Below, in pieces: positions 11,560-23,105 of a DNA stretch of 64,000 bases (position 1 is the stretch's first letter; every line of letters starts with the position of its first letter). This DNA is from Schizochytrium sp. TIO01. Taxonomy: Eukaryota; Protista; Bigyra: Labyrinthulomycetes. The stretch spans positions 62,001 through 126,000 of the forward strand of contig SMSO01000036.1 in NCBI GenBank assembly GCA_004764695.1, read 5' to 3'. The notes beneath the pieces were generated by a model. The model was not told the DNA's origin and made no database searches. It saw only the letters and a program-made list of their open reading frames with translations. Position numbers and translations under genes: made by a program.

Positions 11560-13275
11560 ATGGTGCTCGTGGAGAATAGTGGTGGCTCAGGCCCCCAGCT
11601 CACAACCCAATACACTGTTCTTGATGAGGAGGTTGTCCGAAATGCAGTGATTAGCGAGCGCGAGCTAGAGAACAAAGCAAAAAATGACAGCAACGGGCGT
11701 GGTAGTAGCGATGCGCGGGGACCTACTGCGGCTGCGGTGCGTCATGCACCGCAAGTCGGAAATGCTCTGCCTACAGACGAGGAGGTCCGTCTAGAAGAGC
11801 TCAGCACACTGCGCCTTTCATATAAAAACATCCTTCGTATTGACAACCTTGTTGGTTTACAGGCGCTCACAATGTTGTGCTTGGACAACAATGTAATTGA
11901 GGAGATTGAAAATATCGGTCATTTAGTCAATCTGCGTTGGCTCGATCTCTCATTTAACAACATTTCATCGATCAAAGGTCTTGAAACACTAACAGAACTA
12001 CAAGACCTCAGTCTTTATGCAAATAACATTGAAAGCCTTGAGAACCTCGATCAATGTGTGAAACTGGAGTGTCTCTCTGTAGGGCGGAACAAGATTAGTA
12101 AGCTGGAGAACTTGCTGTACCTACGTCAATTTAAAGCACTCCGGCTCGTCACACTTGAGGGTAACCCAGTATGCAAGGACCCAGAATACCGGATGTTTGT
12201 ACTTGCGTATTTAGACCGTCTCAAATATCTTGACTATGCACTTGTTGACGCCGGAGAGGTCATCAGTGCACGCGAGCAGTTTCAGGATGAGCTACTGGAA
12301 GCACAGGAACGAGATGCTCTCGAAGAGGCAAATGAAACATCAGCAGCTCAACAACGTGAGTACTTAGCGCGTCTCAAGGTTGCAGGCTTAGAGATCATTG
12401 AAACTCTGTTTGACGATATGTTCAGCGAGGACAAAGAGTTGCCCAAGCTCCGTCTTCTTCCTAGCTTTGATGATATCTTCGATCAATATCTGAACAACTT
12501 TCGTACGCAATCTGAGGGAACTGTAAATGCAGGTCTTGAGATTTTTCAAAAATACGTTGCTGAGCGGGAACGCATGGAAAAGGCTCTGGAGCAAATCACC
12601 TCAATGAATGAATCGCAAAGCATCGAAATGGTGGAAAGCTTCTTTAAAGAGATCAAACAGATTTCTGGCCGTATTCGTGCTCTGCAGGAGATGCGTGAAA
12701 ATGGCGAGGACAACACCGAGGAGGTCCAAGACATTGGTGGCAAAATTCGTGAAATGAGACAACGTCGCGCGGAATTGCGCGAGGATTTGATGACGATTGA
12801 GACCGAGCAAACCCAGCAGCTAAAGAAGCTTCTCGATACCTACGAAAATCGTGCCGGGGCAATACGAACTGAGCGTATCGACCACGCAACACAGTTCTTC
12901 CGGGCAGTTGAGGATTTCGAGAATTCTTTTGCACAAGCCTTGGAAAATCTCGCTGTTTCACTTGTGGAAAAGTTGGCCAACAATCTCTTAGAAGATTTAA
13001 GTGATGATGCTATGGCCTTTTTGTCAGATCGTGACAACCTTTTGGTGGCAATTCAGGGCGCCCATGATGTGCATCTCGGCAAATTGCTAGCGCAAGAGGA
13101 TAGTCTCAGGGAGGGTATTCTTCGTGAACTCAATGACAAGGTAGCATCACTGAAGAAAGAGTTTTCGAAACAGAATAGAGAGCGCGTTTTCGAGTTGGCA
13201 CGCATGCAGGATGGTATCAAGACTGAGCTTGATACGCTCGAGCGTCGTCTAATGTCGGATGATTTTGATGAGTGA
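11560..13275 (+). CDS. DRC3: Dynein regulatory complex subunit 3 (LRRC48)
   Basis: SDS22-type LRRs (LRLSYKNILRIDNLVGL, LCLDNNVIEEIENI, LEGNPVC...YRMFVLAYL..LKYLDY) followed by a long helical region with HDVHL. First ATG at 11560. Confidence 0.88.
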   Translation: MVLVENSGGSGPQLTTQYTVLDEEVVRNAVISERELENKAKNDSNGRGSSDARGPTAAAVRHAPQVGNALPTDEEVRLEELSTLRLSYKNILRIDNLVGLQALTMLCLDNNVIEEIENIGHLVNLRWLDLSFNNISSIKGLETLTELQDLSLYANNIESLENLDQCVKLECLSVGRNKISKLENLLYLRQFKALRLVTLEGNPVCKDPEYRMFVLAYLDRLKYLDYALVDAGEVISAREQFQDELLEAQERDALEEANETSAAQQREYLARLKVAGLEIIETLFDDMFSEDKELPKLRLLPSFDDIFDQYLNNFRTQSEGTVNAGLEIFQKYVAERERMEKALEQITSMNESQSIEMVESFFKEIKQISGRIRALQEMRENGEDNTEEVQDIGGKIREMRQRRAELREDLMTIETEQTQQLKKLLDTYENRAGAIRTERIDHATQFFRAVEDFENSFAQALENLAVSLVEKLANNLLEDLSDDAMAFLSDRDNLLVAIQGAHDVHLGKLLAQEDSLREGILRELNDKVASLKKEFSKQNRERVFELARMQDGIKTELDTLERRLMSDDFDE

Positions 13276-13802
13276 TTAAAAATCATATTTTAATAATATT
13301 CAAGTTTGTTCCCTAATTTACGTGAAAACATATGCTGTCAAAAGAGTTGGTCATTTGTACAAACGAGCAAAGCAATTCAAATTCATGAGTTGTTGTAAAG
13401 GTAACATATAGGTTTTTCTGCTCAATAATACCCCCTGCTCCCCCTCCCCAATTTATTATCATGATTGTATGCCTGCCCACCGCTTATGGCGACTACAGAG
13501 GTTTCCTCACCTTCACAGAAATAGAATGTATTATGATCGGCTTCCAATGGAGGCTATGAGCGCTTACATTCAGTTCGTATTAAAATTACATACTTTTTCA
13601 TTGCGAGAAAGTTTTATTATTTGGCAAGAAAATTGCTGAAAGTTATTCAAGCATGGGACAAATGCAAAGCACAAAAAATAACCCACAAAGCGAACCTCAA
13701 CCCTTCGATTCTACAGTGCATGTCGCACTCCACTAAAATTAATGGGATCCTCGTAGCAACATGTGGAAACACAGAACATAGGAAAACAGAAGAATTATTT
13801 CT

Positions 13803-16568
13803 TTAAAAGTTAGGTTGTCCAAGTTTATTTCGTTCCCACCATTTCCCTGCTCTCGTAAAGATTTGATTACTGAGTCCAAAAACGGAGGACTTGGCTTCAG
13901 TTTCGTGCTGCATTCGCTCCGTGGAAAGTTGAACACGCCCCTGAAAGCAGATTGCCACAACAGATTGTATCACAAGAACATGGACAAGAATCATGAATAT
14001 AGCTTGCAAAGTGACTGTAAGAGCAGGTTCTTTATCGAGCTGAGTGCCAGGCCATGATCCAGCAAAGACACTCTGCCACAACAAGAAAGACTGCAAAAAG
14101 TCGGCGTTCTGGGTAGAGTTTGAGACAAAGAAAAGAAAGCTTGAGATGGAAAAAGCCAAAACAAAGAGGACCAAAAGAATGGTCAAATTGAAAACGCGGA
14201 CACAGCTATAATACACTATTCCGTACTCCAAGAAGAGATACGGGCGAACTCGCGCATATTTGAAGAACTTGATTGCCAACAAACCCACGGCGTGTGCCGC
14301 GAAGAGACGGCCCATTTCTGCATGCTGACTGAGCACGCTTATATCCACAAAGAATTCACTTGGAAGAGGCAGTGAGGTAAAGCGGCCAGAACGATAACTA
14401 AGGTTCATGTATGCTATAGACAGGAGAGCAAAAATAACAATTAAAATGTCAATGGCATTCCAAAAATCCAAAACGAAGCGAAGTAAAATTTTGGAAAGCG
14501 GGGCATGTGGTCGACGTTCGCTTTTCGAAACACGGGTTCGGTTGCTTCGCTGCCCATTCACCAACTTGCGACGTTGGTACTTCCGCTGTGCACGACGTGG
14601 GGATATTCCTGTTTGAGCTAAGCCACGTGTTAATTGATGCGCTCGTGCTCTCTCACTAAGAACAGCAAAGCGCACATTTGCGTGTCGAGCTGTAACAAAA
14701 AAATACTGGAACAATGTGTAGAGCATGTATATCACAACGAGAAAGACCAGGATACTTGCTGTGTACAAGAGCGCATTTTCTCGTTGAGAAAAATCATTTA
14801 AAGCATGCACATTCATCGAAGCGATATATGTACCTTGCTCAGAAAGCCATACGTCAAAGTTTGCAATGACAAATACACCATAGTTGCCGTTGTAGTAAGT
14901 GACTGATAATGACAAATAACGTGTCTGATCGTCGACCCAGGGCACTGGACTATTTTTTAGCTCTTGTAAAATTGTTTGGTTGACCGTACCGTTGGACATG
15001 GTAGGCAAAGTTACAACATAACCAGCAGATGGAAATTTATACCACGGCATTAAGTCTGGGCTTGACGCACTTGGAAACTGCCATCGATACAGAGGGGTCC
15101 ACGGGTTAGTAACATATTCAAAAGCCTCACGGGCTTCTGGACTGAGCTGACTAAATTGTTCAGAAAACCCTGCAAGTTCCTCCTCAGTAGCGCCTTTCCA
15201 GAATGATGTACTTCGTGTATCCTCATTGTATTCGGGATAACATAGGTCTTGGTTCAGAGAAATGGCAAGATCAGGGCAGCGGGAGGTAGGATCTTTGAAC
15301 CGACTTTGCACGACACGGTTCTGACGCAAGCGTAGAGGCATAACAACATTGTTTCGTGCTAATGGGCCAGCCGTAGATGCCAACACCTGAGACAACGGAC
15401 CTTCAATAAAACCATACATATCACGCCATGCGCTGATATTGCCAAAGTATATGGTACTCCCACGCTCACTAGCAAAGGACATATCTCGAACGTTGTTGAT
15501 CGGCTCAACTGCCTCATTAAGCACAGCAACATCTTCAACGGTAATCATAGCAAGAAGCATGCTAAATAAGATTAAAGCAAGTACAAAGTCCCATAGGCAC
15601 CTTGATTTGGTGCGCAAAACCTCATCAAAATAGTACACATGGCTGGGATCTATGCTGTTTCGCAGGGTAAGTGAAGATGGTCTTTTGCTTGTTATGCCAT
15701 GGTTTGGAGACTGGGAATCATACGTCAATGCATTCAAACCACGATTTTGCATGTGCTCGCCCAGCAAAGGTGCGACTACACGTGTCATGGGCAGGTCTTG
15801 TGGTAAATTGTCAAAACCCATGCGTAAAGCTTGTCGAGAGCGGTCAATAGTCTCCAGAAAAAGCCTGGGTTCTGCGCCTTGGCATACTTCGACCAGTACA
15901 TTGGCTTGACTAGGCCATACGGTACCTGCTTGGTCAACTAACACATGTGATTCCTGATCTGTATTAACCAGACCCCAATGCTGTGTTACGAGCCATGCGA
16001 GATCCTCGAAAACCATCTCAGGACTTGCCAGCACAACGCAACATGTTGCGGGTTCAAGGTTGTCTAAATCAAAGCCAGGTGAAGAGGAATCGATGCGGTA
16101 GACAAAGACACGTAGGAGTTTCTGGCTTGAATCCCGCTGTCGGCCCTGTGCTGCAAGCCCAAGGTCTTGCGCCTCAGAGGAGAGCTGATCCACAATTTGC
16201 TGTAATTTGGAGTTTTCCTTGTCAGACTCTAATGAAGTAGTTCTGTTTCCAACTCCACTTATATTTATTCTTCGATTCGATGCTGGCTCAAGCATTTCCC
16301 CGCTGCAGGAGTGCAAGACATTGCTGGTAATTTCCTCAAGAACTTCGTTGATTACGGTATCCACCACTTGCGCATTGTGAAAAGATCTGCGTCGTGCCCG
16401 CGCATGCTCCTGGTACTGATTTTCTTCGAGCAGTAGTTCTTCAAGACGTCTCTTTCGTGTTTGCAACTCTTCTTGAGATGTAAAGATCTCATCGGCGAGC
16501 CGTTCACGCTCGCGTTGCAGCATACGCGGCGACGGCAGAGCCTCCTCTGTTGTTAAGAGGTTTTGCAT
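13803..16568 (-). CDS. Polycystin-2 (PKD2/TRPP)-like cation channel
   Basis: 921 aa. TOP-domain motifs LRLRQNRV, CYPEY, GYVVTL and WVDDQTRYLSLSVTYYNGN, plus DFWNAID and 6 TM helices. Confidence 0.8.
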   Translation of the reverse strand: MQNLLTTEEALPSPRMLQRERERLADEIFTSQEELQTRKRRLEELLLEENQYQEHARARRRSFHNAQVVDTVINEVLEEITSNVLHSCSGEMLEPASNRRINISGVGNRTTSLESDKENSKLQQIVDQLSSEAQDLGLAAQGRQRDSSQKLLRVFVYRIDSSSPGFDLDNLEPATCCVVLASPEMVFEDLAWLVTQHWGLVNTDQESHVLVDQAGTVWPSQANVLVEVCQGAEPRLFLETIDRSRQALRMGFDNLPQDLPMTRVVAPLLGEHMQNRGLNALTYDSQSPNHGITSKRPSSLTLRNSIDPSHVYYFDEVLRTKSRCLWDFVLALILFSMLLAMITVEDVAVLNEAVEPINNVRDMSFASERGSTIYFGNISAWRDMYGFIEGPLSQVLASTAGPLARNNVVMPLRLRQNRVVQSRFKDPTSRCPDLAISLNQDLCYPEYNEDTRSTSFWKGATEEELAGFSEQFSQLSPEAREAFEYVTNPWTPLYRWQFPSASSPDLMPWYKFPSAGYVVTLPTMSNGTVNQTILQELKNSPVPWVDDQTRYLSLSVTYYNGNYGVFVIANFDVWLSEQGTYIASMNVHALNDFSQRENALLYTASILVFLVVIYMLYTLFQYFFVTARHANVRFAVLSERARAHQLTRGLAQTGISPRRAQRKYQRRKLVNGQRSNRTRVSKSERRPHAPLSKILLRFVLDFWNAIDILIVIFALLSIAYMNLSYRSGRFTSLPLPSEFFVDISVLSQHAEMGRLFAAHAVGLLAIKFFKYARVRPYLFLEYGIVYYSCVRVFNLTILLVLFVLAFSISSFLFFVSNSTQNADFLQSFLLWQSVFAGSWPGTQLDKEPALTVTLQAIFMILVHVLVIQSVVAICFQGRVQLSTERMQHETEAKSSVFGLSNQIFTRAGKWWERNKLGQPNF

Positions 16569-17107
16569 TTCATTTACTCAGCAGTTCTTTTTTAAAACGC
16601 TGCAGGCATGGTCTTTCTGACAATTTCCTATTGCGCCTATAATCTTTGCTCTCAACTTCGCTTTCGATTTTCTAAGGCTTCGAACTCCGAGATGGTCCTA
16701 AAGGCTTTGAGGTCTGCTCCAACTTGAACTCGATTAGTTGTCATCACCTAAGTATCCAAAGAAATAATAAATGAAAGAGTACTACTACTAGTATTTACTA
16801 GTACCTACTATCTCTACCTACTATCTCTACCACCTAGTACTACCTACTATTGCTATGTAGAAACACAAAGTTATAACGATATAAGTGATAACCTATATCT
16901 GTGGTTTCTGAAACCGTCTAAACAACCGCAAAGAAGAAGGAATTATATATAGTATAGAAAAGCGAAGGGCAAAAACCAAACCCAGGTTTGTTTGCAAGCC
17001 TCAGAGGACCTGTTTGCGAGGCAAACAACCTAAATTTCGAGGCCCAAGAAAAGACTTGGCCAAGGTTTGGGTTTACACGCTCGATCACCCGAGCTCGAAG
17101 GGCGGTG

Positions 17108-19357
17108 ATGATGCAGAACATCGTTCGGGACGGTGAGTTCGACTTGGACGTTGCTCGACTTGCTTAACGCAACAGAGAATATAGAAAACGCACATGTTTT
17201 CCGCTTTCAGTGCAGGGACGCATTTTTCAATTCAGCTTTTTGCCTACAATTGTGAACGTCAAAGTTTTGCAGGGCAAGGCCAGTTTTGAAATCCTATTGC
17301 AAAACCAGTGATGAATAATCCCATGGTCTCACTTGTGCATTCATGCTTACCTCAGCTTTGGCGTGAGCTAGAACTCAAGGTAAACCTGATATATATGCTT
17401 ATCTCTACGTTTGCATTTAACCTTTCGAGTTTTCATTTTATATTGACCATACTGACTTTGATGGCTTGATTATTTTGTTATTGCATGTTGATCTACAGAA
17501 TCGTCATACAGCGCGTCCGTAGCATATCGAAAGGAGGTTCAGGATTTGCGGCGTGTGGTTCAGGATCTCGAACGATCCAGAGATAAAGAAGCGCGTCGGT
17601 CGATTCAAGCAACTCGAGAGCTACAAAAGCTTCGATCTCAGCTTCAAAGCAAAGACCGTGAAATCAGATCGTTGCGCGTGCGACCATCATCAGCAGGACA
17701 CTCTGTTCATGGGGGCTCTGTTGCCTCTGGAGATTCTCATGATCTCATGAATGGCCACTATCAGTACGGAAATAACAGTGGTAGTAGGAGCAAAAGTAAC
17801 AGTACTAGTATCAGCAATGACTATGTGCATACGGTCATCCCCGTCCTACAAAGCCCCAAAGGTAAAGAGGGATGGACATCATCAGAATCTCCAACATGGA
17901 GAACTTCACCGTCACCGACGGCCATGCCAGCAGGTATGGTAAAGCCTACGCGAGTTCGCGCAACAAGGGCCCGTGCAGGTCCCCGAGAAGCGACACCTTC
18001 GCCCCGATACCGTGATGGGGCACAGGAAAGTGAAAAGGAAGCAAGTATGCGCCCAATGTCTGCAGCGTCTGCATCTTTAGCATCCCTGTCTTCGCCAATA
18101 GCATTCCCAAATTCGGTAAATAATGGACACGGGTTTACAAAAATGGGGAATACAAGTGCGAGCCACCAAGCGCAAGCATTGCGCGAGGCAGAAACTGAAT
18201 GTGATCGTCTACGCGCAACTGTTGCCTGCCAGGAGGAGGATCTTCATCGTGCCGCAAGCGAGATTGAAGTCCTTGCATGTGCACTGGAACAGCGCGCTGA
18301 AGATCTGGGTGTAGATGGCAATTTACACTCTGGTTTGCTATACCAAGTTGGAATGCTGCAAAAAGAAGTGCATCGGCTGGAGATGGAGTTGGCCACGCGT
18401 GAAGGGGCAGAGCGGGAGTTGAAGCGTGAGATCGTTGAGAGTCAACATCATCATCGACACGTGCAAGAGCGCTTGGAAAATGCGGAAAAACGCATCAACG
18501 ATCTCTTGGAAGAACGCCAAGTAGTTTTGGATTATTTAAAGGAAAACAAATCAAAAACTGGACGTCTCGAAGAGGAGGTTAAGCAACTTTCACACGAGCG
18601 TGATCGTCTACAACATGAAGCTAGGAATGCTGTTTCTGGAGAGCAGTCGGCCAACTTCGAGCTGGAGGGAATGCGGACGCAGCTATTACGTGCACGTACA
18701 CAACAACATGGACCTGGCTCTCCGGATGTAAGTCCAGTAGGAGACCCAGCTTTTGAGACTCTGCTACGTGAGACAGAGGCAGAAATCCATGCCGGCGCCA
18801 TGGCAGCAGAACGATCAAAGCTACTTGAAGATTTACGTCATCAACGTGATAAGATTTATCATTTGGAACATCGATTGCAATCCCAAACCTCACGGAGCGA
18901 TTCGTTGGAGTCTCGCGTTCCTGAACTTGAACAGGAAATTGCCGCCCTCCGGGCTGAGGTGCAGCAACAGGATCAGTACCAGAAGGAAGTGCTAAAATCA
19001 CCAATCCGCCATCATCATGCGAATTTATTAAGTGATGACAGTACTCCTGAAAACTTGTCAAATTTGACTGGTTCTTCGGCTCGTCCATTATCAGCGAGTT
19101 CATCTTCAAATCATTTAATATCTGGAAGGAGTGGGCGTACCGATAGCAAAGATTTACATTCTCGTCAAAATCGTTTGGAGGGTCTCTTGAAGGTTGCAAA
19201 TGAAGCTCGAGAGATGTCAGAAAAAGAGGCAGTCAGACTTGAGGCAGAAAATGCTCGCCTTCGACGTGAGCTACGCATCTTTCAGCAACAGCCACGGTCC
19301 TCGCTGTCGCCGCCACCGCCGCCACCTACTTCAGAGTCTTCAGATGAGGAAGATTAA
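17108..19357 (+). CDS. Long coiled-coil protein of unknown function (centrosomal/ciliary-like); probable short first exon 17108-17132 joined to 17499-19357
   Basis: Open frame 17499-19357 rich in E/R/Q/L heptads. An upstream ATG exon ending in G|GTGAGT splices in phase to CTACAG| at 17498, and a TACTGAC branch-like site precedes it. The 5' structure is tentative. Confidence 0.65.
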
Positions 19358-20198
19358 ACTTAGGAGGCACCGGATACATTTACTGTTTGCGGGGAAGGGG
19401 TTCCAGAATGTATGTATACAATAGTAGGTACTCATCAAATGTAACCGATTTAAATGAAAAGAAGGCTTGGTTTGTGTTACCTATGTCAAGAGCGGTCGTA
19501 AAGTTGAAAAGCCCCCTTTTCAAAGGAAAAAGCAGAAAAAACAGTTTTCTCACTTTTCAGATGATTACTTACTTGTATTTTGAAAGAGAGATTCGAATTG
19601 TTTATTTCTTTCTCATGGACAACAGTAATTAGCAAATGAAATTTAGCTTGGAACCATGACATCTACTTCGCTCGATCCCGGAACGATGCTCTAATTGACT
19701 ATGTAAGTAATAGGGTTTAACTATAGCATTATTTTGCAGATTTAAAACTTATTTATTTTTAAAACTTATTTTTTAAATTACAATGTGCCAGAAGGAAAAT
19801 GAAACATCAGTCAATGTAAGCATAACAATCATGTTACCTATCAGTTATACTGAGAAGCATGTTCAACACTCTCAAGTTTCTTTCCACTCTCTTGCCCCTA
19901 CCATCTTATCTAAATGGCTCAGATTTTACCGTGGTCAACAATAAAGTGTTTTATGAAACAACAACAAAAGTCATAATAAAACCAACCTTAGTACTACCTA
20001 CTGTTACCCAGCATTAGGTCTTTTACATTACATTGCAGCAAGAAGAAGGAGAAAATGAGAGAGAAGATTAGTAAAAAAGGCCTATTGATCCTTAATTGAA
20101 AGATGAGCTCTGGCCAGCCAGCCTGCCATAGCAGAGCTTGTATGCCGAGCACGATCTCCGCGCTAGGCCGACGTACTCTCGCTGGTTTGCGCAAGAAG

Positions 20199-22230
20199 AT
20201 GTCTTCCGTTCAGGTCGACCTGGGTGACCGCAGGTAAGTAATATTTCGGCATCGCCGTGTCCTTCAGAACCGGGGTTTCTTTTGAGAGAGGTTCATCTAG
20301 AATAGTGCAAGTTGCTTTGTTTTGCTTTGCTTTACTTCAGCGTGCATCGCCACGGTAGGCAACTTTGTTTTAGAGTGGAGGAGTTCCGATCGTTTGACTT
20401 CTACAACACGTTGTCGTGAGCTCTCGCCCGTCTATCTCTTTTGCGCAGCCTCTTTCTGCTCTAAGTGCAGACAGAGGTGAGGCGAGAGTGCTATAGCATA
20501 TAGCACTTCACGTGTCCAAAGATAGATCGATGTCTTGGCGTCCTGTGCCGGCCACTTTAAAGTTATCGTTTGTTGCTTGCTCGTGCACGGAAGAATTTAT
20601 CGAGTCACCAGCGGCAAAACAATTAATCTTTTCTTGACAAGAAGTATTTGAGGCGATTCTTGTAAGGGGAGTCCAATATTTTGTTGGAAATGATATATTA
20701 TTTCTATGCTCCGACAATGAGAATATGCCAGAGAAAGACCAAAATCGTAGTGCTGTCATTGGCTTCTGAGTATTCGTTTGATGCCTGAATAGGGGTGTAT
20801 GGCATGGATATAAAGAAAGGAATGAGAAGGTGGTGCGCAACAAAATAAACTCAAATCTTTTATTGGAATGGAATAAACAATCACTGTGCCGATATAAACA
20901 GGATGATATGAAGATGGAGGGCTAACGTGTCAATTTTTTCAATGATTTATGCAGTTACCCTATCGAGTTCAAGCCTCTGCAGGAGCTCGGTAGCACTCTC
21001 GCCGGTCTCCTTAAGCCGGGAAGCTGTGTCATTGTGACCAACGATGTGGTGGGCCCGATTTACGGTGAGAAGGTAAAGGCAAGTCTTACCGCTGCTGGAT
21101 TCAAACCTGCCTACATTGAGCTTGAAGATGGCGAGGCCAAGAAGACTCCCGAGACCTACGTTGCACTTGTGAACAAGCTCTTGGAGCTTCAGGTGGACCG
21201 CAAGACCCCAATCGTTGCTGTTGGTGGTGGTGTGACCACGGATATTGCTGGGTTTGCAGCTGCCACTGTGATGCGCGGCGTTCCTTTCGCCAACGTTCCG
21301 ACGACCCTTCTCGCTCAGGTCGATGCCTCTGTTGGTGGCAAGACTGGTGTGAACACCACACACGGCAAGAACCTCCTGGGTGCGTTTTGGCAACCTTTTC
21401 TCGTCCATGTCGCAGTGGATACCCTTGAGACACTCTCTGATCCCGAGTTTCGCTGCGGTCTTGGCGAAGTCGTCAAGCACGCTGTTCTTGAGGAGGTACA
21501 GGATGCTTCAGGTAAGTGGGTGCCGAGCACAGCCTTCTTTGAGTGGCTCGAGGCCAACTCTGAGAAGCTCGTGGCCCGGGACACAGATGCATTGAACTAC
21601 ACTGTGCGTCGCTGCTGCGAAATTAAGGCTGCAGTCGTGAGCCAGGACGAGCGCGAGTCAGGCAAACGCGCTCTCCTTAACTTGGGCCACACTGTGGGCC
21701 ATGCAGTAGAGGCTGTTGTTGGCTATGGAGGCCTTCGTCATGGCGAAGCTGTTGCTATGGGCACTGTAGCGGAAACCCACCTAGCTGTGCTCCGTGGATA
21801 TTGCGATAAGGCCTTGCCGGAGCGGATCAGTGCTCTGCTCCGTAAGCTTCACCTTCCCACTGGCCTTGAGGGTCTCAATGTGGATGACCTTGTGAAGGCT
21901 TCTCTCATGGACAAGAAACGTGAGCAGTCGCACATCTCAGTGACCATGCCTTACGCGATCGGTGATGTTCGTCTTGAGAAGATTCTCCCTGAAGAGCTCA
22001 TTCCCGCCTTCGAGTCACTCACCACTAGTGTCGCTGTGCCCCAGGCCAATGGTGATGGTGGTGCTTCTGGTGCTGCTGCCAGCTCGCCTCTCCCTGTCGC
22101 TGAGGCCCCCCCCAGCGCTAACTCTTTCGCCAATGCTGCTCACCAAAATTCCCAGAATTTTATGACCGGTAGGCCCACCACCCGCGTGAAGCAGCCTCCT
22201 GGCGGAGCCTCTTCCATCATCTTTGGCTAA
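20199..22230 (+). CDS. aroB: 3-dehydroquinate synthase, two exons (20199-20233, 20955-22230), with a C-terminal SPIRAL1/Jupiter-like tail
   Basis: Intron 20234-20954 (GTAAGT...GCAG) restores the typical N-terminus MSSVQVDLGDRSYPI. Motifs GGGVTTDIAGFAAAT, PTTLLAQVDASVGGKTGVN, GLGEVVKH, LNLGHTVGHAVE and HGEAV. Confidence 0.95.
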
Positions 22231-23037
22231 ATTACTTTCACGATCATGGTATCTATTTTGCTGTACGTTTCGTATCTTGCACTGCCTGAATTCAACCAAG
22301 ACGCCTCTCCACAAATGACCTGCCTCCACATGCATATTCTAAACTTCTTCAAGTCGCTCTAAACCCTGGCTGCTTGTGCACAACAGCTAACACTTACATT
22401 ACTTTGAGCCTAAGCCATATTCTTGTCGCATCGCACATACTTATGATTTGGAAGAAATCATTAGCTACTGCTGCAGAGTGCATCTTAAACATTTTACCAT
22501 TGTCTGATCCAAGAAAGCTCCTGAGTCAGATAGACAAAATGCACCCTAAGTGTCGGCTTGTTGCTGAAGAATCAAATCCTTGCCACCGATTGTCAAACCC
22601 TAACTCCTAATTTCTCCTCTCAAGGTTATAAGACAAACTTCCATGATATATCTGCTGCGACTTTATTCAACCTTCTCACGCGCGTCTTCATCGTTTAGAG
22701 GAATCAATATGAATCTCTATCTGCCATGTGCTCAGTAATTCCTGCAGACTTGTTTTCATGCTCTCTTGAATACAATTAGGTATCATTATAATTCTCATGA
22801 GCGCTCCATACATTAAAAAAATAAAAACGGGAAAAAGAAATTACCTAGGTGACAAATACCTATGCAGGTAGTAAGCAGGTTCGTTCATTTTTCATTTTTC
22901 CAAAATTACTTTTGTTTCTTTCTCATTTACACTAGTACACACGTTTGACCATCTTAGGGGAAATATATATACATATAATATGTCTAGGATTTTTGCAATG
23001 CCTAAAACTAAGAGCGCCCAGACACGAGACGCGAGAA

Positions 23038-23082
23038 ACTAAGCACCAAACACTAAGCACCAAACACCAAACACCTAATACC
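23038..23082 (+). repeat. Short tandem repeat (ACTAAGCACCAAAC x2 plus partial copies) just upstream of the HIT-like gene
   Basis: Read directly from the sequence. Confidence 0.7.
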
Positions 23083-23105
23083 AAACGTTTGTCAACATTA
23101 GAAAC

